Under the pieces are notes generated by a model. It did not search any database, was not told the origin of the DNA, and saw only the letters and a program-made list of their open reading frames with translations. Of a stretch of 64,000 nt of DNA, positions 56,579-64,000 are shown piece after piece (within the stretch, counting starts at the first letter, position 1; each line of letters starts with the position of its first letter). Location: positions 58,353-122,352 of the forward strand of contig CAZQBY010000002.1 of NCBI GenBank assembly GCA_964592405.1, read 5' to 3'. The position numbers were made by a program, and so were the translations under genes. Origin of the DNA: an uncultured archaeon (GTDB lineage: Archaea > Altiarchaeota > Altiarchaeia > JAFGQM01).

Positions 56579-57841
56579 TTAGATATTTTGAAAATCCCTC
56601 AATGACTTTTGGGTGTTGTCATAGAAGTTCTCCCTAAGTGGCTTTTTGTAGAGAGGCCGGCCATACCTTCCACCGCCACCAGCATCATAGAGCATACTGC
56701 CGTTTCTGAAGGACTCTATAATACCACCTATCTTGGAGTCATAATCTTTTAGGTCTGCAATAGGCGTGTCTATGAGTATAGTAATCTCAGGTCCAAATTC
56801 ATTTACCATGGTTTGCCACTCCGCCTGCACTTTCGGGCTGTGCAGGGTTTTCACCTCCCGTGCCATACTTATCACCTCCGCCAAGGGGACTATGTGAATA
56901 TACGGCGGTCTGTGTTCCGGGCGGACAGTCTTTCGTCCATGAGCGAGTTCTCCTATCCTCTCCCTGACGCCCTTCTTGATTACGCCTCCGCACTCAGGAC
57001 ATCTGCGTCCAAGACGGATGGCATCACTAATCCTGAATTTCAGAAAGCAACGCGTGCAAGCAGTTTCATGGTATTTTCCCTCCCGGGGGTTGAGACCCAC
57101 ATTTAGGATGAATCTCCGCCCGTTCTTCCGCTCTATGGCCTTTTTTATTTCCTTGAAGCTCAGATCTCTCACAAGCAGCCGGTTAAATTCTCTCCCGAGC
57201 CTGTGCGGCCACGGGCTGTGGGCATCGCTGTTGCTCATAAAGGTCATATCCCTCAGCTCCTCAATTCTGTCAGCCATGTCGCTGTCGGCACTCAGACCCA
57301 GCTCCAGGAATCTAACATATCTGAGATTATCGCCATAACACCCGCTCAGAGAGTCGTATGTTTTATAGACTGATGTCCAAGGTGTGAAAGCGTGGCACGG
57401 ACCTATCATCGCATCACAGTCATTGGCCAAGTCCACAAGCTCCTCACCGCTCAGCCCGACCCTCGGACGGCCATCCCTGTCTATGTCTGGCGAGCTCCCC
57501 TTTATATCATCCCTAAACCTGCGGGCACAGTCCAAATCAGGAAATAAGAGGAGGTGGTGCACACGATCCCTGCCCTCAACCTCTGCTGTTATGAGAAATC
57601 TTGTCTTTGAGTTGTTATAGGAATATATGCCATTACCATCATGCTCAAGATTCTTCTCAAGATGCTCCAGCCAGTGAGGGTTTGTGGCGTCGCCTGTTCC
57701 TACAACATCCAGCCCCTTGCCTTCCCCACCCTCGGCTATGCGAGGAATGTTCATATCCCTAGATGTGCCACCGGAATACCTGGAATGTATGTGGAAATCC
57801 ACATTTATTTCTTGCATAGCGGAATCGTCCAAATTGTCCAT
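56579..57841 (-). CDS. endQ: Endonuclease Q (TIGR00375 PHP family)
   Basis: DFHIHSRYS, GTGD, NSDAHS, GREFN and GKYH.TAC.RC...CPECG motifs. Confidence 0.85.
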   Translation of the reverse strand: MDNLDDSAMQEINVDFHIHSRYSGGTSRDMNIPRIAEGGEGKGLDVVGTGDATNPHWLEHLEKNLEHDGNGIYSYNNSKTRFLITAEVEGRDRVHHLLLFPDLDCARRFRDDIKGSSPDIDRDGRPRVGLSGEELVDLANDCDAMIGPCHAFTPWTSVYKTYDSLSGCYGDNLRYVRFLELGLSADSDMADRIEELRDMTFMSNSDAHSPWPHRLGREFNRLLVRDLSFKEIKKAIERKNGRRFILNVGLNPREGKYHETACTRCFLKFRISDAIRLGRRCPECGGVIKKGVRERIGELAHGRKTVRPEHRPPYIHIVPLAEVISMAREVKTLHSPKVQAEWQTMVNEFGPEITILIDTPIADLKDYDSKIGGIIESFRNGSMLYDAGGGGRYGRPLYKKPLRENFYDNTQKSLRDFQNI

Positions 57842-57881
57842 AACCTAGAGATATCAAAACAAAAAACCACAAGAAGTTGAA

Positions 57882-58676
57882 TCAGCGTATGTAACGCATG
57901 ATGTCCTCATCCGAGGACTGCACCATTGCCATCTGAAGGGCCTTGGCCTGTTCATCCTGGAGTTTCTTGATTTTTTCCAGCTCCCTCTCTGTCCTTCTGG
58001 CGTGATCCTCAAGATCTTTCATATCCACTTTTAGTTTTAGTATCTTGGATAGTTTTTCCAGCAGGATTTTGGCCGCCTTGGCATCAACCACCTGTCCCAC
58101 GGTTTCCCCCATCAGACATACCGCATCAATTCCCCTCAGCTTTCCCAATCCCAGCAGTAATCCGGATGCACCAAATATTCCTCCTCCCTCCCTGTCTCTA
58201 AATATCAGGCCGTGTTTTTCATGCGAAGCTATGAGCTTCTCATTATTGGTTGCAGCATACACCTTGGGAGATTTCACTATCTTCCCTGTCCCCAGCCCTC
58301 CCAATGTGTATATTATCTTGGGTTTGAATTGCTCCAAGACATCAAGTATCTTGCCGGTGATCTCATATTGAGATTCGGGGCTCATGCCCTGATAGTCGCC
58401 TCCCAAAAGTATAAAATCCCGGCCGTTGCCATTGTCATCTTTCTCTGATAGATAATAAAAGTCGTTCTTCACAAGGCGCACTACGCCCCGGCTATCAGTT
58501 ATGACCTGTGGAGGGAAATAGGGCGAATAAAGCTCGCAGAACTTCTTGGCCTTGGTCTTGGCAATTAGATGATCAGCAGCTATCTTGCCAACCAGTCCTA
58601 TGCCCGGAAGTCCCTCTATGACTATTGGTGACTTGAGTTTGGGTTTTGACAGAAATCGCACCTCAGTCTCTTTCAT
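57882..58676 (-). CDS. Proteasome assembly chaperone family (PAC2/PbaB-like)
   Basis: IEGLPGIGLVGKIA, TLGG and GASGLLLG motifs. Confidence 0.9.
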   Translation of the reverse strand: MKETEVRFLSKPKLKSPIVIEGLPGIGLVGKIAADHLIAKTKAKKFCELYSPYFPPQVITDSRGVVRLVKNDFYYLSEKDDNGNGRDFILLGGDYQGMSPESQYEITGKILDVLEQFKPKIIYTLGGLGTGKIVKSPKVYAATNNEKLIASHEKHGLIFRDREGGGIFGASGLLLGLGKLRGIDAVCLMGETVGQVVDAKAAKILLEKLSKILKLKVDMKDLEDHARRTERELEKIKKLQDEQAKALQMAMVQSSDEDIMRYIR

Positions 58677-58739
58677 GATAATTAATTTGGGGATGGAGAT
58701 TAAAAAACAATGGTCAACTTATAGTGAGGTCTCCCCAAA

Positions 58740-58792
58740 GCCCTCTTCCAGGCCCTCTTCCAGGCCCTCTTCCAGACCTCCTTCCAGACCCT
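58740..58792. repeat. 12-bp tandem repeat (GCCCTCTTCCAG x3 plus two degenerate copies)
   Basis: Read directly from the intergenic sequence. Confidence 0.9.
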
Positions 58793-58793
58793 A

Positions 58794-60431
58794 TCATCTC
58801 TTCGTGATGTTATATTTGGTAGCCCGCAGGAGGTTGGATATCCGGCGGGGAGGCTCCCCGATTCTCCCGGCCCGGAACAGAATCGCCAATATTACGATTA
58901 TCCCAATAGCAGCAATTATCCACAGCCAAAGCCCTCCACCAACAGCTTCGGGCTTCATGTCCGGTCTTTTGGAAGGTATCGTAGTTTCCATATTGGACGG
59001 CAACTGTTCTGCTGGTGGAGCTTCTCTTAAGAAAATCCTCTTGACTATCGTATCGCCCTTTGGTGTAACATAAGTAAATATCCAGTAGCCGGATTGGTCA
59101 GGAACTATTGTTGTATCTCCATCCTCCAGTCTCATCTTGAAAGAGCTTCCGTCTGGTTTTGTAATTATCAACTCACCATCGACAGCTATGCCACTGGAAT
59201 CCACCAAAGAAACGGTGAGTGTTCGCCCAACCTGAGGATTCTCCGTTCTCACAATAATTTCTATTTCGGCTTCTGGGGGAGTTGTTACATCCCCCCTTGG
59301 ATAGCCCGGCCAGAGATATGCTGTCACGGCTTCAGAAACCTCCTCTTCCTTTTTTGGCTTCTTGCAGTCGCGCCGGCAGGTTCGCCATGTCTCGCCGCAG
59401 TTGCATATCTTGTCCCCACAGTGAGAGACCAGAACTGAGGCAGAAGACTGGGAAGTGGTGGTGCCGTATGGGCCAACAATAGTTGCATTTACCAAGTTGG
59501 TTATGGAAGAGCACGAAGCAGTTGTGGTATAGCTCGTGGTATTGGATGCCCCGGGGGCAAGGAGGCTTATTGTGAAGTTTCTGCCGTTTGAATCGTTCAG
59601 GGTTACATTAACAGTTAACGAGCCTGTATTGTTGACAACTATAGTCCAGTTGAGGATGTCGCCGGGTTCCACTACCGAAGCATCCACTGATTTTGTAACT
59701 ACGACGCTCAGAGCTGTGTAGTTGACAGTCAGCCATGCAAGCGTGGTGTTGGCGCTGTTGCCTGCTGTGTCCTCACAGGCCGCCCAAACAGAGGAGTAAT
59801 TGCCATTGGCTAAGTCCGCCAGACTCCATGTTATATCCATACCGGAAGTGGAATTGACATAGTCAGTACCGTTGAAGTGGAGTGTGCAGTTCATGGCCTC
59901 GGAAGCATGTACGCCTATCCGGGTGTAATTGACATGTATTGTGGAGTTTATATCAGACCAGTTCCAGTCCGGGGCCGGGGAAATTGTGTCCACCCTGAGC
60001 CAATATGGATTAGAGTCTCCAGAGTTACCATACAGGTCTTCACAAGTGTAATAGATGGTGGAATAATTGCCGTTGCCCAGCCCTGTGATATACCAGGTTA
60101 TCTTGGTCGCGTTGCTGGTATTGATATAGTCCGTGCCGTTGAGATGGAGTGTGCAGTTGCCGGTTTCACTCAGAGAGACATTGAAGATGTGGTGGTCTGT
60201 TGATAGGGATGTATTTTTGGGGGAATTGACAGTAATGGAGGGGGGAACATCATCTGTTAGGACCAATGAGACACTGAAGGAGTCTGAAGCCGAATATGCC
60301 CCGGTTCCAGAATCTGCAAACAGAGTAGTAACACTGGCCAGAAGAAATGAAATCGCCAGCACTGCCATGAGGGAGTTTTGTTCCTTCAACTGGCCTCTTG
60401 TCTTTTGTTCATCCACCGGCTGTTTAATCAT
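58794..60431 (-). CDS. Surface protein: Ig-like repeats, DUF11, Cys-rich motif, C-terminal transmembrane anchor
   Basis: Signal or transmembrane N-terminus; two NCTLH.NGTDY repeats; TKSVD..VVEPGD..WTIVVNNTG; CGDKICNCGETWRTCRRDC; C-terminal WLWIIAAIGIIVILAILF. Confidence 0.85.
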   Translation of the reverse strand: MIKQPVDEQKTRGQLKEQNSLMAVLAISFLLASVTTLFADSGTGAYSASDSFSVSLVLTDDVPPSITVNSPKNTSLSTDHHIFNVSLSETGNCTLHLNGTDYINTSNATKITWYITGLGNGNYSTIYYTCEDLYGNSGDSNPYWLRVDTISPAPDWNWSDINSTIHVNYTRIGVHASEAMNCTLHFNGTDYVNSTSGMDITWSLADLANGNYSSVWAACEDTAGNSANTTLAWLTVNYTALSVVVTKSVDASVVEPGDILNWTIVVNNTGSLTVNVTLNDSNGRNFTISLLAPGASNTTSYTTTASCSSITNLVNATIVGPYGTTTSQSSASVLVSHCGDKICNCGETWRTCRRDCKKPKKEEEVSEAVTAYLWPGYPRGDVTTPPEAEIEIIVRTENPQVGRTLTVSLVDSSGIAVDGELIITKPDGSSFKMRLEDGDTTIVPDQSGYWIFTYVTPKGDTIVKRIFLREAPPAEQLPSNMETTIPSKRPDMKPEAVGGGLWLWIIAAIGIIVILAILFRAGRIGEPPRRISNLLRATKYNITKR

Positions 60432-60561
60432 CTGGGTAGTCCATCCCTTTTTTATTTCCTTGCATATTTCCTCCTGCTTTTATCCATCTCTCTGTTTTTA
60501 TTCACCCTTTTATGTTTTTACTCATCTTTTATGTTTTTATTCGCCTTTTTTCCACTTCTGT

Positions 60562-61290
60562 TCATCTATGTCTGTGCATATTCCAGAACCTAATCGACAA
60601 CAGCACTGTCACAGCAACTATGATTAATACTGCAATAACCACCAGCATGCTGCCATCTGCACCTGCACCGGCATTTGTCTGTTTCCTGATTTGTGGCAAT
60701 TCCGTCTGAGGACATTCGCCACAGTCTTCTGGACAGGTCTTGCAGGTCTCATCGCCGTTGCATTCTTTATCACCACACTCCGGCGGCAGGTTGACCGTTC
60801 TGGGAAGCTGGCCACAGCGATCCGGCACTACGGTATCTGAATCCACAACCCTTATGACAAATCCCGAACCTATTTTTCCAACAAGATTAACCATACCCGA
60901 TCCGGAGGGGGGAGCTACACCCTCAACCAAGAAGCTCACCCTATACTCCGCTCCTATCTCCTCACCGGCTGGGGGAGTTATATAGAAGATTATGGCTTCT
61001 GAGCTTCCTTTTGTGGTATTGTAAATCCCGTCTTCCCTCAGATCTACCTGCACGAAGTCCGGCAGAGATGATGGATTCAAGACCAATCTGGCCTGCCCAT
61101 GCTCAATTGTTGGTGATGTAGAAAGCCATATCCTGTGGCAGGTTGTCCCGCCTCTCGGGGCCTTGACCACTTCATCCTCCATATAGTCCTGGATGACACC
61201 TATACTCCCAAAAGCATCGGAAGTTAGGACCATTACCAGTACCAAGACAAGTAGTGGAAGGATCCATGATCCAAGTATTTTCCGGCTCAT
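60562..61290 (-). CDS. Surface protein: signal peptide, one beta-sandwich domain, Cys-rich motif, C-terminal transmembrane helix
   Basis: ITPPAGEEIGAEYRVSFLV...GSGFVIRV; CGDKECNGDETCKTCPEDCGEC. Confidence 0.82.
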   Translation of the reverse strand: MSRKILGSWILPLLVLVLVMVLTSDAFGSIGVIQDYMEDEVVKAPRGGTTCHRIWLSTSPTIEHGQARLVLNPSSLPDFVQVDLREDGIYNTTKGSSEAIIFYITPPAGEEIGAEYRVSFLVEGVAPPSGSGMVNLVGKIGSGFVIRVVDSDTVVPDRCGQLPRTVNLPPECGDKECNGDETCKTCPEDCGECPQTELPQIRKQTNAGAGADGSMLVVIAVLIIVAVTVLLSIRFWNMHRHR

Positions 61291-61381
61291 TTTGTTCCTC
61301 TTATAGTTTGCATTTTATTTTTTATTTGATTTTGTGAGAGGTTTTTGTTTTGTGGAAGTGTTTGATTTTGTGAAAATGAAA

Positions 61382-61398
61382 TGGGGCTTTTCGCCCCA
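61382..61398 (-). terminator. GC stem-loop (TGGGGC-GAAAA-GCCCCA) just after the putative major subunit gene
   Basis: 6-bp stem 9 nt after the 61407 stop, followed by TTTCATTTT on the minus strand. Confidence 0.5.
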
Positions 61399-61406
61399 AA
61401 AGTCAT

Positions 61407-62297
61407 TTACGGATTCTGGTTTCCTGCATTGTATACTGTCAGCACCCAATTCTGTGCAGAATTGTAGGTCTGCGGACTGACTAGAGACGATATCTGCTCC
61501 AGGTATACATAGACATCCTCTGTGCTTCCCTGGCCGATTAACAAACTCGTGCCAGCCACAGTAACAGCTGTGTCGTTTGCAAGTTGCTCGCCCTCTGAGG
61601 CATCAACATCGTTCGCACTGAAATCGCTTGCGGCTATCTTGTCTGTTGCATCTGTTGTCCCTACCAGCTCGTATGCGGTTATGTTCAGGTTTGCGAAGTA
61701 GGCGTTGCCCAGATTCTCTACGGTAACCGGGTCGTCGTCCGCACCCACATTTGTGCTGGTCTGGGAGACTGAACTCCAGCTTATCGAGGCTGGTGTTACA
61801 TCCACAGACTCCAGCCGGTTGTATGTCAGCGTCTGCGTGTCGTCGTTGTCTGAAGCCGAACTGTTATCAACTACTGTACAGTTCACTACCCAGTCAGAAC
61901 CGGACAGGTAGTAGTACTGCATGTTGCCACCAGTGCAGTTCAGGGTTACCGTCGTTGCACTGGAATTGCTTATATTCGTGCAACTCAGGTTTACGACAGT
62001 GCTTCCCTTGCTGACATTACAGTAGGTGGCACTCAGGTTTATGTCTTTCCAGCCATCCTCGTCCGTTACATCTATTGCTACGCTTATTGCGGTTACGCTT
62101 CCTGACGTCGGATTGTAGGTTCCACCATTACCCACTGTTACCGAATTTATGACAGGTGCGGTGTTGCCAAGGACAAGCGACGCGCTGAATGTGTCACTCG
62201 CTGAGTCGGCAGCCAAAACAAGAGTGGCTCCGAAAACAGCGGCAATCGCCAGCGAAAAAAGCGCCAAGCTCATGCTTATTCCATTTCTGTTTCTCAT
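61407..62297 (-). CDS. Secreted two-domain protein, putative major filament/surface subunit
   Basis: GGAGG Shine-Dalgarno sequence; signal peptide; no C-terminal transmembrane helix; ends QTYNSAQNWVLTVY. Confidence 0.85.
   Translation of the reverse strand: MRNRNGISMSLALFSLAIAAVFGATLVLAADSASDTFSASLVLGNTAPVINSVTVGNGGTYNPTSGSVTAISVAIDVTDEDGWKDINLSATYCNVSKGSTVVNLSCTNISNSSATTVTLNCTGGNMQYYYLSGSDWVVNCTVVDNSSASDNDDTQTLTYNRLESVDVTPASISWSSVSQTSTNVGADDDPVTVENLGNAYFANLNITAYELVGTTDATDKIAASDFSANDVDASEGEQLANDTAVTVAGTSLLIGQGSTEDVYVYLEQISSLVSPQTYNSAQNWVLTVYNAGNQNP
61545..61828. repeat. 284-bp segment, copy 1 (identical to 62492-62775)
   Basis: Line-by-line comparison at offset 947 shows no mismatch; similarity with mismatches continues about 60 nt further. 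Confidence 0.9.
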
Positions 62298-62350
62298 TCC
62301 CTTTTCCTCCTTTTTGTTTTGTTTGTTTTTTGTGTGTTATGTTGTGACTT

Positions 62351-64000
62351 TTATGGATTTGAGTTCTCTGCTCCGTAGACCATCAGCTCCCACGGCGATA
62401 CCGAACTGTATGACTGCTTGCCCAGCGGGGCGTTTGAGATCTGCTCCAGATAAACATATACGTCCTCTGTGCTTCCTGCTCCGATTAACAGACTCGTGCC
62501 AGCCACAGTAACAGCTGTGTCGTTTGCAAGTTGCTCGCCCTCTGAGGCATCAACATCGTTCGCACTGAAATCGCTTGCGGCTATCTTGTCTGTTGCATCT
62601 GTTGTCCCTACCAGCTCGTATGCGGTTATGTTCAGGTTTGCGAAGTAGGCGTTGCCCAGATTCTCTACGGTAACCGGGTCGTCGTCCGCACCCACATTTG
62701 TGCTGGTCTGGGAGACTGAACTCCAGCTTATCGAGGCTGGTGTTACATCCACAGACTCCAGCCGGTTGTATGTCATATTTGTTGATGATTTGTTGCTTGC
62801 AGAGTTGTTGCTCTGGTCATATACCGTGCAGTTCACCTCCCAGTCATCTCCGCTCAGATAGTAATACTGCATGTATCCCGTGCAGGATAATGCTATGGTA
62901 GTGGAGCTTGAGTTTGTCAGGTTAGTGCATGAGCTCAGGTTGACTGTCCTTGAGCCCTTCGTGACATTGCAGTAGGAGTTGGTCCAGTTGACATCCTGCC
63001 AGCCGTCGGAATCGGTGACGTTCATGGTGATGTTTATTAGGGTGGCACCGCCCGATGTCGGATTGTAGACACCGCCGTTGCCAACTGTGATATCCTTGAC
63101 AGACAACGTGGGCATCTCCCCTATAGTGTAGTTGCTCCATGCACTGACGTTGAAGACTACCACAGCAGCGTTTAGAGGGGTGAGATTGTGACAGCATGGG
63201 GTGGTGGTATCATCACAGACCGCTCCATTCCTGAGTATCACCGGGTTGCTGAAGCCCCACTCGTCGATTTCGTAGAGGGTAATGTTGGCAGGCCTGTCGA
63301 ATCCGGGAGCCGCGACGGTGTCCACAGTAACTGTGTTATTGCCTATATAGACTATTGAGCTGATGCCCACATTTAAACTTGAACCAGTCCCGTTGACGGC
63401 CTGCAAGAAGCGTATCTCTCCCTGGTTGGTGTCTCTGAAGTAGACAGGAGAACCATTCTGGCTTATGTTGTAGGTGCCGAGATGCGTGTCTATCAGATAG
63501 GTGATGGTGGTGTCCTGTCCTATATAGAGGTCAGAATAACCAGATTTTGTTACACTTACAGTGATGTTTGTGAAGTTATTCTCGCCGGAAACCGAGCCGC
63601 TTATGTCTATGCCATCCTCGCTTGAGTTGTAGATTGAGATGTTCTCGAATACATTACCATAGGTCGCACTCAGAAGTATACCGTTCTTCGCGGTGTCATT
63701 TATCACGGCATTGGAAAAGGTGTTGTTATAGCCGCCAAGAATCACTATGCCCTTGTTGGAGTTATTGACCAGTTCGATGTTGGTGAAGGAGCAGCCATGG
63801 CACGAGTCGCTGTTACAGAATATGCCATGGTAGGTGTTGTGACTGGATGTTATGTTGTCAGCCGATACATTCACTGTGTCACTCCTGAGATATAGGCCAT
63901 AATAGCCATTTCTAAGGGCGGTTATGTTGGTCAGCACGGCGTGGTCCGACCACCGGATATACACACCGGACTGATGATTGTCATTTGTGACTATGTTCTT
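62351..64000 (-). CDS. Large surface protein: right-handed beta-helix repeats plus the same two C-terminal domains as 61407 (5' end lies outside the window)
   Basis: N..GI.L PbH1-type repeats; PANITLY...PVILRNG..C...C.N...FNVSAWSNYTIG motif; frame open to base 64000. Confidence 0.88.
   Translation of the reverse strand, partial: KNIVTNDNHQSGVYIRWSDHAVLTNITALRNGYYGLYLRSDTVNVSADNITSSHNTYHGIFCNSDSCHGCSFTNIELVNNSNKGIVILGGYNNTFSNAVINDTAKNGILLSATYGNVFENISIYNSSEDGIDISGSVSGENNFTNITVSVTKSGYSDLYIGQDTTITYLIDTHLGTYNISQNGSPVYFRDTNQGEIRFLQAVNGTGSSLNVGISSIVYIGNNTVTVDTVAAPGFDRPANITLYEIDEWGFSNPVILRNGAVCDDTTTPCCHNLTPLNAAVVVFNVSAWSNYTIGEMPTLSVKDITVGNGGVYNPTSGGATLINITMNVTDSDGWQDVNWTNSYCNVTKGSRTVNLSSCTNLTNSSSTTIALSCTGYMQYYYLSGDDWEVNCTVYDQSNNSASNKSSTNMTYNRLESVDVTPASISWSSVSQTSTNVGADDDPVTVENLGNAYFANLNITAYELVGTTDATDKIAASDFSANDVDASEGEQLANDTAVTVAGTSLLIGAGSTEDVYVYLEQISNAPLGKQSYSSVSPWELMVYGAENSNP
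62492..62775. repeat. 284-bp segment, copy 2 (identical to 61545-61828)
   Basis: See copy 1. Confidence 0.9.

Noticed and set aside
58740-58792. CRISPR array
   Set aside because: The 12-bp units are contiguous with no spacers, and there are no cas genes.
58788-58796. Selenocysteine/pyrrolysine readthrough of TGA TAG at the end of the anchor gene
   Set aside because: Two consecutive stops follow a complete transmembrane helix plus basic tail; no SECIS-like element and no benefit are evident.
1-64000. Provirus, transposon or integrative element explaining the orphan inserts
   Set aside because: No integrase, transposase, terminal inverted repeats or att-like duplications were seen around any insert.

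Overview
Archaeal chromosomal window. It is gene-dense, and many genes appear leaderless, with a TATA box about 25 nt before the start codon. Housekeeping content: CoA synthesis (split coaC/coaB, coaD), cimA, 2-phosphoglycerate kinase, tRNA splicing endonuclease, hisE, the nurA-herA-mre11-rad50 repair operon, a short dph2 with csl4 and rpoL, pcn-priL-priS, purF, glyA, thiC/thiM/thiE, glnA with a divergent Lrp, SepCysS with IscS/IscU, porCDAB, tetraether synthase (tes), two thioredoxin-fold/DsbA-like membrane proteins, gatB, EndoQ and a PAC2 chaperone. The window ends in a four-gene cell-surface operon. Separate PriS/PriL, SepCysS and the style of the surface proteins suggest a metabolically rich DPANN-affiliated lineage (Altiarchaeota/Micrarchaeota/Diapherotrites-like); this is inference only. 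I found no tRNA, rRNA, CRISPR array or transposase. Two candidate undescribed systems stand out. (1) A dispersed set of orphan proteins with polybasic N-terminal leaders sits at junctions of housekeeping operons. Several carry enzyme folds used by toxins and effectors: two CheD/CNF1-type Cys-His deamidases, an ADP-ribosyltransferase-like protein and a GNAT. Every junction of nurA-herA-mre11-rad50 is interrupted by an extra gene. (2) The surface operon has the logic of a donor-strand-complemented filament: a tip adhesin, a major subunit with an identical C-terminal domain, an accessory membrane protein, and a membrane anchor carrying the same N-terminal strand as the major subunit. Also notable: an IscS lacking the PLP lysine, an unannotated 58-aa SepCysS partner, and a DUF99-signal peptidase fusion. 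All family calls come from motif recognition by eye; no database search was run.
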